This document shows positions 30,268 to 38,934 of a DNA stretch of 64,000 nt, piece by piece. Each line of letters begins with the position of its first letter. Positions within the stretch are counted from its first letter, which is position 1. The stretch is from an uncultured Chloroflexia bacterium (GTDB lineage Bacteria; Chloroflexota; Limnocylindria; Limnocylindrales; CSP1-4): the NCBI GenBank assembly GCA_963752475.1, contig CAVVYR010000019.1, forward strand, positions 64,001 to 128,000, read 5' to 3'. The position numbers and the translations under genes were made by a program. Below the pieces are notes generated by a model. It was not told the origin of the DNA. It worked only from the letters and a program-made list of their open reading frames with translations, and did no database searches.

Positions 30268-30563
30268 GGAGTCAGGGTTCCATGCCCGCAGCGCTCCCGG
30301 CCGTCGCCTGAGACGCATCCGTGTCCTGTGCTTGGCGGGGCTGATGTTCACTGAGAGGGCCACTCGTGCAGGGAACGGTTCGCCGTGCGTCGGATCGCTC
30401 GCTCAGCGGCCCATTCGCACCCTCCGGGCGTCATTCGAGCCGCTGAGCGAGCAGATCGGTGATCGAGCTCGGCTCTGGGCGGGTGTCACTGCCCAAGTGG
30501 GCCGCTGAGTAGACAGCGCGGGGCCGCGCTGTCGTTCTATCGCAGAGATCGAGTCGGCTAGCT

Positions 30564-31205
30564 CTACCGACCAGGGGTCTCCGAGTCGGGCGCTGGTGGG
30601 ACCGGCTGTTCCATCGAGATCATCGCGCCGAAGCCCACCCAGCGCTCCTTGTAGCGGAACGACTGCACCTTCGTGACCCGGTATCCGAGGCGCTCGTAGA
30701 GGGCCTGTGCGCGTGGGTTTCGGTCGATGACATCGAGACGCACGAAGCGCTTGCCATTGGCACGGGCGATCTCGGTCGTCGCATCCAGCAGGCGGGTGCC
30801 GTTGCCCAGGCCGCGGAACGCCGGTGCGACGGCGATGCCGTCGACGTAGATCTCGTCGGCCTTCGGACGGTGGTCGGCCATGCGTGTACCCCACACGGCC
30901 CACATCGCGCCCACCCATCCGAGCACGTCGCGGTACGGACGGACATCCCACGACGAACCCATGAGGCCACCGGCGTGTGGCGCGCCCTTGCTGCTCAGCC
31001 CGGCCATGCCCAGGAGCTCGTCACCGCGACGAGCGATGAGGCAGTTCTGGGCGACGATCGAGCGGCGCATGAACTCCCTGCGCTTGTCCGCGTCACGCAC
31101 GACCGTGCGCATCTTCTCGCCGAACGCTTCTTCGAAGACCTCGACCGCCTGGCCGCGCAACTCATCGGGCAGCCCGTGCTCGATGGTCACGCCGGCATCG
31201 CTCAT
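30564..31205 (-). CDS. GNAT acetyltransferase
   Basis: IAVAPAFRGLGNGTRLL and LDVIDRNPRAQALYERLGY motifs. Confidence 0.9.
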   Translation of the reverse strand: MSDAGVTIEHGLPDELRGQAVEVFEEAFGEKMRTVVRDADKRREFMRRSIVAQNCLIARRGDELLGMAGLSSKGAPHAGGLMGSSWDVRPYRDVLGWVGAMWAVWGTRMADHRPKADEIYVDGIAVAPAFRGLGNGTRLLDATTEIARANGKRFVRLDVIDRNPRAQALYERLGYRVTKVQSFRYKERWVGFGAMISMEQPVPPAPDSETPGR

Positions 31206-31289
31206 GCGATGAGGGTAGCGGCGACTCAGTACCGGCGATGCGACGGATGGCACTGGCGGCGAACCGGAAGCTGGTGCCATCGTCAGCGC

Positions 31290-31886
31290 ATGAAGACCGC
31301 TCGTTCCACCCAGAAGCTTCCCGCGCCGCGCACCGAGAGCACGATGTCGCTCGAGGCCACGCTCGCCGCGCGCCACACGGTGCGCGAGTTCCAGCCGCAC
31401 GCGCTTACGATCGATGAGATCGGCCAGCTGCTGTGGGCCGCTCAGGGCGTGACCCATGCCGAGACCAAGCGCACCGCTCCGTCGGCCAGCGGGCTCAACG
31501 CACTCGAGACCTACGTCATCACCGCCGAGGGCATCTGGCGCTACGTGCCGGCCGAGCATGCGCTCGAACCCCTCCACGACGGCGACACCTTCGCCCGGTT
31601 GCAGGAGGCCACCGGTGGTCAGCCTTGCGTGGGTTCTGCCCCGCTGGTCATCGCCTTCTCCATCATCCCCGGGCGCATCTCCGGGCGGCACGGCGAAGAA
31701 CGCGCTATCCGCTACTCGGACTTCGAGGCCGGCCACGCCGGACAGAACCTTCTGCTGCAGGCGGTCGCGCTCGACCTCGGTGGCGTGCCCATCGGCTCGT
31801 TCGACGACAGCGCCGTATGCCGGCTGCTCGAGCTGCCCGAGGGTGAGAAGCCGCGCTACCTGTTCGCGCTTGGTCGTCCCGCCTGA
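31290..31886 (+). CDS. SagB/ThcOx-like nitroreductase-family protein
   Basis: R.TVREF, LLWAAQG, RTAPSASG and EAGHAGQNLLLQA motifs. Confidence 0.88.
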   Translation: MKTARSTQKLPAPRTESTMSLEATLAARHTVREFQPHALTIDEIGQLLWAAQGVTHAETKRTAPSASGLNALETYVITAEGIWRYVPAEHALEPLHDGDTFARLQEATGGQPCVGSAPLVIAFSIIPGRISGRHGEERAIRYSDFEAGHAGQNLLLQAVALDLGGVPIGSFDDSAVCRLLELPEGEKPRYLFALGRPA

Positions 31887-32512
31887 TCCTCGGCTCGCGC
31901 CGCAGGGCGCTCCATGCTGTAGGCGGCGCCGAATCCGGTGATGTGGCGCAGCAGCCCGAGTCGCTCCTCGCGGATCACCCTGTAGCCCTCGCGCTCGTAG
32001 AGCGCCTTTGCACGTGGGTTGGTGTCGACCACATCGAGCCTGACGTACTCGAAGCCGGCTTTCTGGGCCGTACGCCGGACTTCCTCCAGGAGCGTGCTGC
32101 CCAATCCGCGGCCGCGCGCCATCGCGGACACCGCGATGAAGTCGATGTAGACCTCATCGGGCTTGGCCTCATGGCTGTAGAGGAGCCCCAGCAGGATGGC
32201 CGCTCGGATGGCACCGAATGAGCCCAGCAGCGAGCGCCACTCGCCGATGCCCAGTGAGTCCGTGTCGAGGATCTCGCCCTCGAACTCGCCGCGTGAGGCG
32301 TTGAGGCAGGCCAAGCCCAGCAACTCGTCGCCTGCTCGTGCGACGAGGCAGTTGTCCGAACGCAGGGTACGGGCGAGAAACGCCAGCCGGCGGTCGCGAG
32401 CCGGGATCACGGGCTCGAGCTTCTCCGCGAAGGCCTCATCGAGGATCTCCGCGGCCCGTGGTCGCAGGTGCTCGGGAAGGCCGCGTTCGATGGTGGGTGC
32501 CGGTCCGGCCAC
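31856..32512 (-). CDS. GNAT acetyltransferase (paralog of 30564-31205)
   Basis: IAVSAMARGRGLGSTLL and LDVVDTNPRAKALYEREGY motifs. Confidence 0.9.
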   Translation of the reverse strand: MAGPAPTIERGLPEHLRPRAAEILDEAFAEKLEPVIPARDRRLAFLARTLRSDNCLVARAGDELLGLACLNASRGEFEGEILDTDSLGIGEWRSLLGSFGAIRAAILLGLLYSHEAKPDEVYIDFIAVSAMARGRGLGSTLLEEVRRTAQKAGFEYVRLDVVDTNPRAKALYEREGYRVIREERLGLLRHITGFGAAYSMERPAARAEDQAGRPSANR

Positions 32513-32523
32513 GGGAAGGAGCG

Positions 32524-32754
32524 TTAGGCGCGGATCTGGCGGCGAGCCAGCTCAGCCTCCATCGCGCGCTCAGCCTCGACGTACTGGTCGATCTGCATGC
32601 GCAGCTCGTTAGCCTCCGGCCGATAGAGGTGGACCTGGTTCTGGAGGATGTAGCTCAGTCGGCGCGACGTCATGCGCACGTGGTCGAGGTTCTTCATCAG
32701 GACCAGCGGGTCCATGGAGGCGAGGTCGTCGGGGTGGTACATCGGCTGCTGCAT
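32524..32754 (-). CDS. Small helical hypothetical protein (76 aa)
   Basis: Good codon usage from MQQPMYHPDDL. Confidence 0.6.
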   Translation of the reverse strand: MQQPMYHPDDLASMDPLVLMKNLDHVRMTSRRLSYILQNQVHLYRPEANELRMQIDQYVEAERAMEAELARRQIRA

Positions 32755-33028
32755 CGGGCCCGAGTATAGCGACGCGACCGGGAGCCTAGCGGGCAGGGCA
32801 GCACTCGCATGGCGGAGGGTTCGGCCGCGTAGACGAAGGATGGGGGCTCCGTAGGGAAGAGCGGTAGGGTCCGGAGCCGTACCTGTCTCCGGCACGACCG
32901 TACGTTCGGGCGAGGGGCGGTCACAAGGTCCGTGGCCGAGCATGTGACGTGCGACCCGGGAACGGTCCAGAGCCGATCCGGCGCCGCGTCATCATCCCAT
33001 CCATCGAGACCATCCGGAGACCGCAACC

Positions 33029-34285
33029 ATGACCGCACTGCTGACTCCCGCTCCACCCGACCTCGTGCCCGTCCCCGATCCCGACGAGGAGGTCGAGATG
33101 TGGTCGGTCGTCCACTCGCCGGCCGAGGAGGACGAAGCGAACGCCGTCAAGGTGATGCTCGTCGAGGAGCTCGATCAGGTGGCCGAGCGCGTTGCCAACC
33201 TGCTCGCTCCGGACAAGCGGGTCCGGCTGGTGCAGACGGTCGCCGGTGGCCGGGCGGCGGTGATGCGCGTCACGGCCGAGCCCCCGGACGTGCTCATCGT
33301 GGACGCTCTGCTGCAGGGGCAGCTGTCGGGCCTCGACGTCGCCCGCGCGGTGCGGTCCGTTGGTCTCGACATCCCCATCGTCTTCCTGACGGTGCCCGAC
33401 CAGCCGGTGAAGGTGCCCGATGACCTGGGGTTGGCCACGGTCCTCTCGATGCCCATCGATGGTCACGCTCTGTTGACGACGATCCTCGGTGGCGCAGCCC
33501 GACACCGCGAGGCGCAGCCCAAGCCGCCGGCCGGCACGATGGCGGTCTTCTCGGCCAAGGGTGGCGTCGGCCGCACGGCCATCGCACACAACCTGGCCGT
33601 GGCCATGGGCCAGTCGGCTGGAACACGGGTGGCGCTCGTCGACGGCGACCAGGCCCACGGCGACCTGCGCCTGCACCTCGAAGCACCCGACGAGGCACCC
33701 TCGTTGGTGCAGCTGCCCACAGGACACGTGACCGAAGCCGACCTGTCATCGCTGATGTGGCAGGACGCCTCTGGCCTCGACGTGCTGCTCGCGCCACCGC
33801 GCATGGAGGAGGCGGACCTCGTCATGAACGCCGACGTGCAGCGGGCACACCATCTGCTGACGCAGCTGTACGACCTCGTCATCATCGACGTGCCCGCTGT
33901 CATGGACGACCGCACGCTCGCGATGCTCGATGACGCCGATGTCGTCCTCGATGTGACTACGCCCCGCCACGGGGCCGTGCGCAAGACCCAGCGCTGCCAT
34001 GCGGTGCTGACCGCCGCCGGCTTCCCGATGGAGAAGGTACTGACGGTCGTGAACCACGCTGACCCCAGCTACGACGCCGACGACTTCGCGGCCGTACTGG
34101 GCTGGCAGCCCGATGCCGTGCTGATGCACGACGACCGCCTGGCTGAGGGCACGCTGGCGCCCGGCTCGTCGATCGTCACCGAGTACCCTGACGCATTGTT
34201 CAGCCGCGGCTTCCGCGATCTGGCCGCCATCCTGACCAAGCGTTTGGCGGCGACACCCGCGGGAGCGATCGCCGCGGCCGCCTGA
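33029..34285 (+). CDS. CpaE/TadZ-like protein (receiver domain + MinD/ParA-type ATPase)
   Basis: Degenerate REC domain; KGGVGRT deviant Walker A; LVIIDVP. Confidence 0.8.
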   Translation: MTALLTPAPPDLVPVPDPDEEVEMWSVVHSPAEEDEANAVKVMLVEELDQVAERVANLLAPDKRVRLVQTVAGGRAAVMRVTAEPPDVLIVDALLQGQLSGLDVARAVRSVGLDIPIVFLTVPDQPVKVPDDLGLATVLSMPIDGHALLTTILGGAARHREAQPKPPAGTMAVFSAKGGVGRTAIAHNLAVAMGQSAGTRVALVDGDQAHGDLRLHLEAPDEAPSLVQLPTGHVTEADLSSLMWQDASGLDVLLAPPRMEEADLVMNADVQRAHHLLTQLYDLVIIDVPAVMDDRTLAMLDDADVVLDVTTPRHGAVRKTQRCHAVLTAAGFPMEKVLTVVNHADPSYDADDFAAVLGWQPDAVLMHDDRLAEGTLAPGSSIVTEYPDALFSRGFRDLAAILTKRLAATPAGAIAAAA

Positions 34286-34352
34286 CCCTCGATCCCGACT
34301 CGCGCCTCGGGCACAATGGAGCCCCACATCAGGGGGTCGGCAGGAGGGAACC

Positions 34353-34775
34353 ATGAAGATCGCCATCATCTACGACACGCACACAGGCACCACCGCTGGT
34401 GCCGCCGAGAAGATGGCCGAGGTCGTGCGCGCGGCCGGCCATGAGTGCAGCGTGGCCAACATCGCTCACGCGGAGGGGGCGCTCAACGGCGCGAAGGCGG
34501 TCGTGCTGGGTGCGTGGACGGAGGGCTGGTTCATCATCCGCCAGCACCCGTCCAAGCCGATGATGAAGTGGCTGGAGGACGCGTCCTTGACCGGCAAGCC
34601 CGTGGCCGTCTTCACGACCTACAAGCTGGCCATCGGGTCAACGCTCCGACAGCTGTCCAACGGGGCCGAGTCCGCCGGTGGCAAGGTCACCGGCATGTTC
34701 CAGGTCAAGGGACCGAAGGTGCCCGATGGCTTCGAAAGCTGGGTCAAGTCGCTCGACAGCGACGCTGCGATCTAG
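34353..34775 (+). CDS. Flavodoxin-like protein
   Basis: IIYDTHTGTT FMN-binding loop; GKPVAVF. Confidence 0.8.
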   Translation: MKIAIIYDTHTGTTAGAAEKMAEVVRAAGHECSVANIAHAEGALNGAKAVVLGAWTEGWFIIRQHPSKPMMKWLEDASLTGKPVAVFTTYKLAIGSTLRQLSNGAESAGGKVTGMFQVKGPKVPDGFESWVKSLDSDAAI

Positions 34776-34777
34776 CC

Positions 34778-35767
34778 ATGACCCCGGGGCGGATCGGCGT
34801 CCAGGTCGCCGCGACCACGCCGCCAGCCCGCCTGCCGCAGACCGTCGCCGAGGTCGAGCGCCTGGGATACCCCGAGCTCTGGCTGGCCGAGGACTACTTC
34901 GAGCTGGGCGGTATCGCCGCCGCCTCGGCTGCCCTGGCCGCGACCGAGTCGATCACCGTGGGCCTGGGGGTGCTCTCTGCTCGGGTTCGGCATCCGGCGG
35001 TCACGGCCATGGAGCTGGCCACCATGAGTGCCATGTATCCAGGTCGTTTCATCGCTGGGGTCGGCCACGGCGTGCCCCATTGGACCGGGCAGATGGGGTT
35101 GCGCCCCGCGTCGTACATCCGCTCGTTGCGTGAGAGCGCGAGTGGCATCAGACGTCTGCTCGACGGCGAGGAGCTGACCGAGACCGGCGAGTACTACGCC
35201 TTCGACGAGGTCTCGCTGCTGCACCCGCCGGCCGAGCACGTGCCGCTGTACTTCGGCGTCCACGGGCCGCGCTCGCTGCGCCTGTCCGGCGAGTTGGCCG
35301 AGGGCACGCTGCTGGGCTGGTTCAGCTCGCCCGACTACGTGCGCTGGGCCCGGGAGCGCATCGATGAGGGACGAGCCGCGGCCGGCCGGGACGACGAGCA
35401 CGCGATGGTGGCGCTGCTGGTGTGCTCGATCGACGACGACGATCCCGACGCTGCGCGGGCCGAGATGCGCGCGTGGGCGTCCGACATGCTCGTGGGTCAG
35501 GCGGACCAACCGGCGATGAGGGCGACCGCATCCGGGCAACTCCTGCAGGCGGCTCTGGAGGCGCGTGACGCCGGGGACGAGCTGCTCCCTGACGCTGTCA
35601 TCGGGGAGTTCATGGCTGCCGGCTCACTGGCCGATTGCAGGGACTACGTGGAGCGCCTGATGGATGCCGGTGCCGAACGGGTCGTGCTCGTGCCCAACCC
35701 GTCTGGCCAGCGATCGCTCGACGGGATGGAGGAACAGGTCCGCCGAGGGGCGTCCCTGCTCGTCTGA
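34778..35767 (+). CDS. LLM-class (luciferase-like) flavin/F420-dependent oxidoreductase
   Basis: LGY..LWLAED, RHPAVTAME, GRFIAGVGHG and GPRSLRLSGELAEG motifs. Confidence 0.9.
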   Translation: MTPGRIGVQVAATTPPARLPQTVAEVERLGYPELWLAEDYFELGGIAAASAALAATESITVGLGVLSARVRHPAVTAMELATMSAMYPGRFIAGVGHGVPHWTGQMGLRPASYIRSLRESASGIRRLLDGEELTETGEYYAFDEVSLLHPPAEHVPLYFGVHGPRSLRLSGELAEGTLLGWFSSPDYVRWARERIDEGRAAAGRDDEHAMVALLVCSIDDDDPDAARAEMRAWASDMLVGQADQPAMRATASGQLLQAALEARDAGDELLPDAVIGEFMAAGSLADCRDYVERLMDAGAERVVLVPNPSGQRSLDGMEEQVRRGASLLV

Positions 35768-35771
35768 TGCG

Positions 35772-35890
35772 TTACTGCGCCCGGTAGAGCGAGTGGATCC
35801 TGGTCGGCGCTTCGCTCGGGAGCTCCGGCCACTCGCCTTCGAAGACGATGCCCTGGCACTGAAGGACCGACCATACGTGGTCCTCTATCG
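35772..35890 (-). pseudogene. Orphan C-terminal remnant of an ECF-partner beta-barrel protein
   Basis: Hand translation LQCQGIVFEGEWPELPSEAPTRIHSLYRAQ* aligns with LQVSGVVFDGGLPPMPDPAPTDIESANA* of the adjacent gene. Confidence 0.65.
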
Positions 35891-36002
35891 GTACGACGGT
35901 CGAGGCAGCGCTCCGCTTTCCGATCTCATCCGATGGCGGCACACGTGGAACCGGCGAGAGATTTGCTTCCCTCGCCGGTCGCTGATGTAGCTCGGAGAGT
36001 GA

Positions 36003-36812
36003 TCAGGCGTTCGCTGACTCGATGTCTGTCGGGGCGGGGTCCGGCATGGGCGGGAGTCCACCGTCGAACACGACCCCGGAGACCTGGAGCGTCGGCGTCA
36101 CAGACTCCTGGTCCAGAGAGAGGATGGCGGTCAATCCGTCGTAGGCACCCTGCCCGTCGAGTACCAGGCGGTGATGCCAGCCGCCGGCGCCGAGGCCGCT
36201 CCAGGCATGACCGGAGCCCACCCAGCTGCCTCCGTCGTTCTCGAGATAGTAGGAGCCCGACTTCGGCCCGCCGACGAACGCGATGTGGTGACCGTTGAAG
36301 CGTGCTCGCCCGTACCCGTCGAGTCGATCGTCGTCGAGATCGTACTGGCCGGTCCAGAGCTGATCGGTGATGATCGTGCCCCAGTCATGGTTCTCGGCTA
36401 CGCCATGTTCATCTTCGGACAGGAGCAGGAGCGTCCCTTCGACCTGAGCGATCTCGGTGGGACCTGAAGGCGCCGCGGCCGAGAAGGGCGTCGCCTCGTG
36501 ACTCGGAGGCGTCGCCACCATCAGAGCGCCCACAAGAGCGATGACGGCGGAGATGCCGACTAACTTCGCAGGAGAGAACATCGGTCTGGTCCTTTCGTAG
36601 CGTGGTGGGTCGGTATCGGCCGACGTGATCGGCGCTGTCCGTTCGTCAGCCCCCGCGGTGGGCTTCGGACCGGGCAGGAACCAGAGCCAGCGTCGGCGTT
36701 GTCGGGTGTGTCGGGTCTGGGCGAGCGTGCGTTCCGGCAGCTCGGACGGCATCGGCGGTGTGTCGTCCAGCCAGGTGCGGAAGTCGGGCCCCAGATCGCG
36801 CTGGGCGTTCAT
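36003..36812 (-). CDS. Putative single-pass anti-sigma/partner protein 1 (extracellular beta-barrel-like domain)
   Basis: ATGA overlap with the ECF stop; TRQRRRW; one TM; D.R..G, ENDGGSW and GQGAYDGL motifs. Confidence 0.7.
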   Translation of the reverse strand: MNAQRDLGPDFRTWLDDTPPMPSELPERTLAQTRHTRQRRRWLWFLPGPKPTAGADERTAPITSADTDPPRYERTRPMFSPAKLVGISAVIALVGALMVATPPSHEATPFSAAAPSGPTEIAQVEGTLLLLSEDEHGVAENHDWGTIITDQLWTGQYDLDDDRLDGYGRARFNGHHIAFVGGPKSGSYYLENDGGSWVGSGHAWSGLGAGGWHHRLVLDGQGAYDGLTAILSLDQESVTPTLQVSGVVFDGGLPPMPDPAPTDIESANA

Positions 36813-37366
36813 CGGACGGCCTCCAGTCGCCGCCCGACCGGCGGGCGGTCATCGGCCTCCAGCAGCGCCCGCAGGGCTTCGGTCGCGCGATGGAGCCGGG
36901 ACTTGTAGGTGCCGACCGGGATGTCGAGCACATCGGCGGCCTGATCGGAAGGCATGTCCATGAAGTAGTGGGTCACCAGCACCGCGCGCTGGTCCAGCGT
37001 CAGGCGGGCGAAGCCACGTTCGATCTGGTCCCGGTCGAGGACCGCATGCAGACCGTCGGGCGAGCTCACCGAGCGGGGTGGCTCGATGTTCAACTCGAAC
37101 TTGCGCCAGCGAGCACGCCGTCCTTCGACGAAGCAGGAGTTCAGAAGGATGCGGTAGGCCCAGGCCTCGAAGCGATCGGGGTCGCGCAGGCGTGGCAGGT
37201 CGCGCCAGATGGCCACCATCGCCGACTGCGCCGCATCCTCGGCCAGCCCGGGGTCTCGCAGCATGGCGCAGGCGATCCCGTGGAAGCGCCTCGCGATCGA
37301 GGCCACGATCTCGGCGAATGCACCGTGATCACCCGAGCGGGCTCGGATGACGGTTTCGGTGTCCAC
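36809..37366 (-). CDS. ECF (sigma-70 group 4) sigma factor 1
   Basis: AEDAAQ, FEAWAYRIL (region 2); PVGTYKSRLHRA (region 4). Confidence 0.93.
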   Translation of the reverse strand: MDTETVIRARSGDHGAFAEIVASIARRFHGIACAMLRDPGLAEDAAQSAMVAIWRDLPRLRDPDRFEAWAYRILLNSCFVEGRRARWRKFELNIEPPRSVSSPDGLHAVLDRDQIERGFARLTLDQRAVLVTHYFMDMPSDQAADVLDIPVGTYKSRLHRATEALRALLEADDRPPVGRRLEAVR

Positions 37367-37450
37367 TTGTCCTTCCCCCACGGCCGGCGTGTCCGGCCCT
37401 TCAAGGGTATCGGTGCGTGGAAGCGCTCCAGGGTTCCATCTTGGGCAACG

Positions 37451-37479
37451 AAAGAGGCCCCTCCGCTGCCGGAGGGGCC
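37451..37479 (-). terminator. Intrinsic terminator hairpin, copy A
   Basis: GGCCCCTCCG-CTGC-CGGAGGGGCC with a U-rich tail on the minus strand. Confidence 0.8.
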
Positions 37480-37500
37480 CGACACGTGTCCGATCGATCG

Positions 37501-38283
37501 CTAGTCGGCTGTTTCCCCCAGCAGACCTAGCGCCACGGTGGGCGGGATCTCACCCTGGTACAGGAGGCCCTTCACCTCGAGCCCGAGAAGGCGCCCGGTG
37601 TAGTTGGCGACGTAGCTCCAGCCTTCGTAGTCGCCCGTGCCGCTGGCCCAGGCCATGGCATTCTGGGCGCCGGGCGTCCCGTAGTCATCGTCGTCGCCAG
37701 GCGATTCGTAGAAGCCGACCCACTCGCCCTCCCAGCTGCCGCCGTCGTTGGCGAGCGTGTACTGTCCCCAGTTCACGCCGGTGAGGTCCTCATCTCCGAT
37801 CAGGTATCTGTTGATGAGGTTGGCATGGCCGCTGACCCGGGGGTCGCTCATGCTGTCGTCGCCCGCGGGACTGGGCCCGGCGGACATCGTGCTGGTGCCG
37901 GTGACGACGATGAAGTCGGTCCGCTCGAGCTCTGCGCCCGGAATCGGACCGACCGGATCCGTGGTGAAGACGCCCGAGACGACCAGAGTGGCGGTGACCG
38001 CCAGGACGGCGGAGCCCGCGATGAGCTTGGTGGCGCTGAACATCATCCTTGTCCTTCCTGTGGGTGCGGGTGCGTACTCGCCGGTCTCGTCAGTCGTCCC
38101 CGACGCCGATCGTCCGAGGACGTCGGTGCGGAGGCGTTCCACCAGCGACGCGTTCCACCAGCGACGCGGCTGTCGGGCCTGCGCCTGTCGGCGGATCGAG
38201 GCTGCGTCTATCGGTCGCGGCGCGCCGGCACGATGCTCGAGCTCGGCCGCAAGGCGCTCTTCGAACGCGGTCTTCTCAGTCAT
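37501..38283 (-). CDS. Putative anti-sigma/partner protein 2 (beta-barrel-like domain)
   Basis: Overlaps the ECF stop (ATGACTGA); ARQPRRW; one TM; SDPRVSG, ANDGGSWEG and GTGDYEG motifs. Confidence 0.7.
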   Translation of the reverse strand: MTEKTAFEERLAAELEHRAGAPRPIDAASIRRQAQARQPRRWWNASLVERLRTDVLGRSASGTTDETGEYAPAPTGRTRMMFSATKLIAGSAVLAVTATLVVSGVFTTDPVGPIPGAELERTDFIVVTGTSTMSAGPSPAGDDSMSDPRVSGHANLINRYLIGDEDLTGVNWGQYTLANDGGSWEGEWVGFYESPGDDDDYGTPGAQNAMAWASGTGDYEGWSYVANYTGRLLGLEVKGLLYQGEIPPTVALGLLGETAD

Positions 38284-38815
38284 CGCCCAGCTCCCTGCGG
38301 AGACGCGCCAGCAGGCGCTCGAGTCGGTTGCGCGTTCCGGACGGGCTCAGCCCGATGGCCGCGGCCAGTTCGGTGGAATCGAAGCCAGCGACGTAGCGCA
38401 TGGCCAGGAGGGCACGATCCTCCGGTTCGAGTTCGGCCAAGGCACGCCGCAGATCGAGCCCACTCGCGTTCAGGGCGGGATCGGGCCCGCCTGCGACCAT
38501 CGATGCATCGGTCGCGAGCTCTACGCGCGAGCGGCGACCTCGTCGACGCAGCAACTGCTTGGCCTCATTGACCGCCACCGACACGAGCCATGGGCGCAGA
38601 CGCCGATGGTCCTCGAGGGTGTCGAGCCTGCGCCAGACGATGGCCCAGGCCGCTTGCACGGCCTCCTCCGCGATCTCGTCGTCGTGGCACATGACCACGC
38701 ACACGCGGCGCATGTCCTCGTGGTGCGCGGAGACGATGCGCTCGAAGGCGAGGTCATCCCCGGCGACCGCCGAGGCGACGGTGCCGCTGAGCTCGGTCTC
38801 GACCGTTCTGGCCAT
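38276..38815 (-). CDS. ECF sigma factor 2
   Basis: AEEAVQ, LRPWLVSVAVN and GLSPSGTRNRL motifs. Confidence 0.9.
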   Translation of the reverse strand: MARTVETELSGTVASAVAGDDLAFERIVSAHHEDMRRVCVVMCHDDEIAEEAVQAAWAIVWRRLDTLEDHRRLRPWLVSVAVNEAKQLLRRRGRRSRVELATDASMVAGGPDPALNASGLDLRRALAELEPEDRALLAMRYVAGFDSTELAAAIGLSPSGTRNRLERLLARLRRELGDD

Positions 38816-38884
38816 GCCCCCCATACCCCACAGATGCCGTGGAGGGCTCAAGTGTCCCGCCAGATCGGCAGAAATCAAGGCATG

Positions 38885-38913
38885 AAGAAGGCCCCTCCGT
38901 TGCCGGAGGGGCC
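38885..38913 (-). terminator. Intrinsic terminator hairpin, copy B (23/24 identical to copy A)
   Basis: GGCCCCTCCG-TTGC-CGGAGGGGCC followed by UUCUUC on the minus strand. Confidence 0.8.
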
Positions 38914-38934
38914 TGGTCCGTGCGGGTGTGGAGG

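Noticed and set aside
31290-31886. RiPP (azole-containing peptide) cluster
   Set aside because: SagB-like gene without YcaO, E1-like partner or precursor peptide.
36582-36812. Internal ECF promoter within the partner genes driving the short isoform
   Set aside because: GGAAC/GGAC-like words occur, but without consistent spacing or -10 elements; not supportable by eye.
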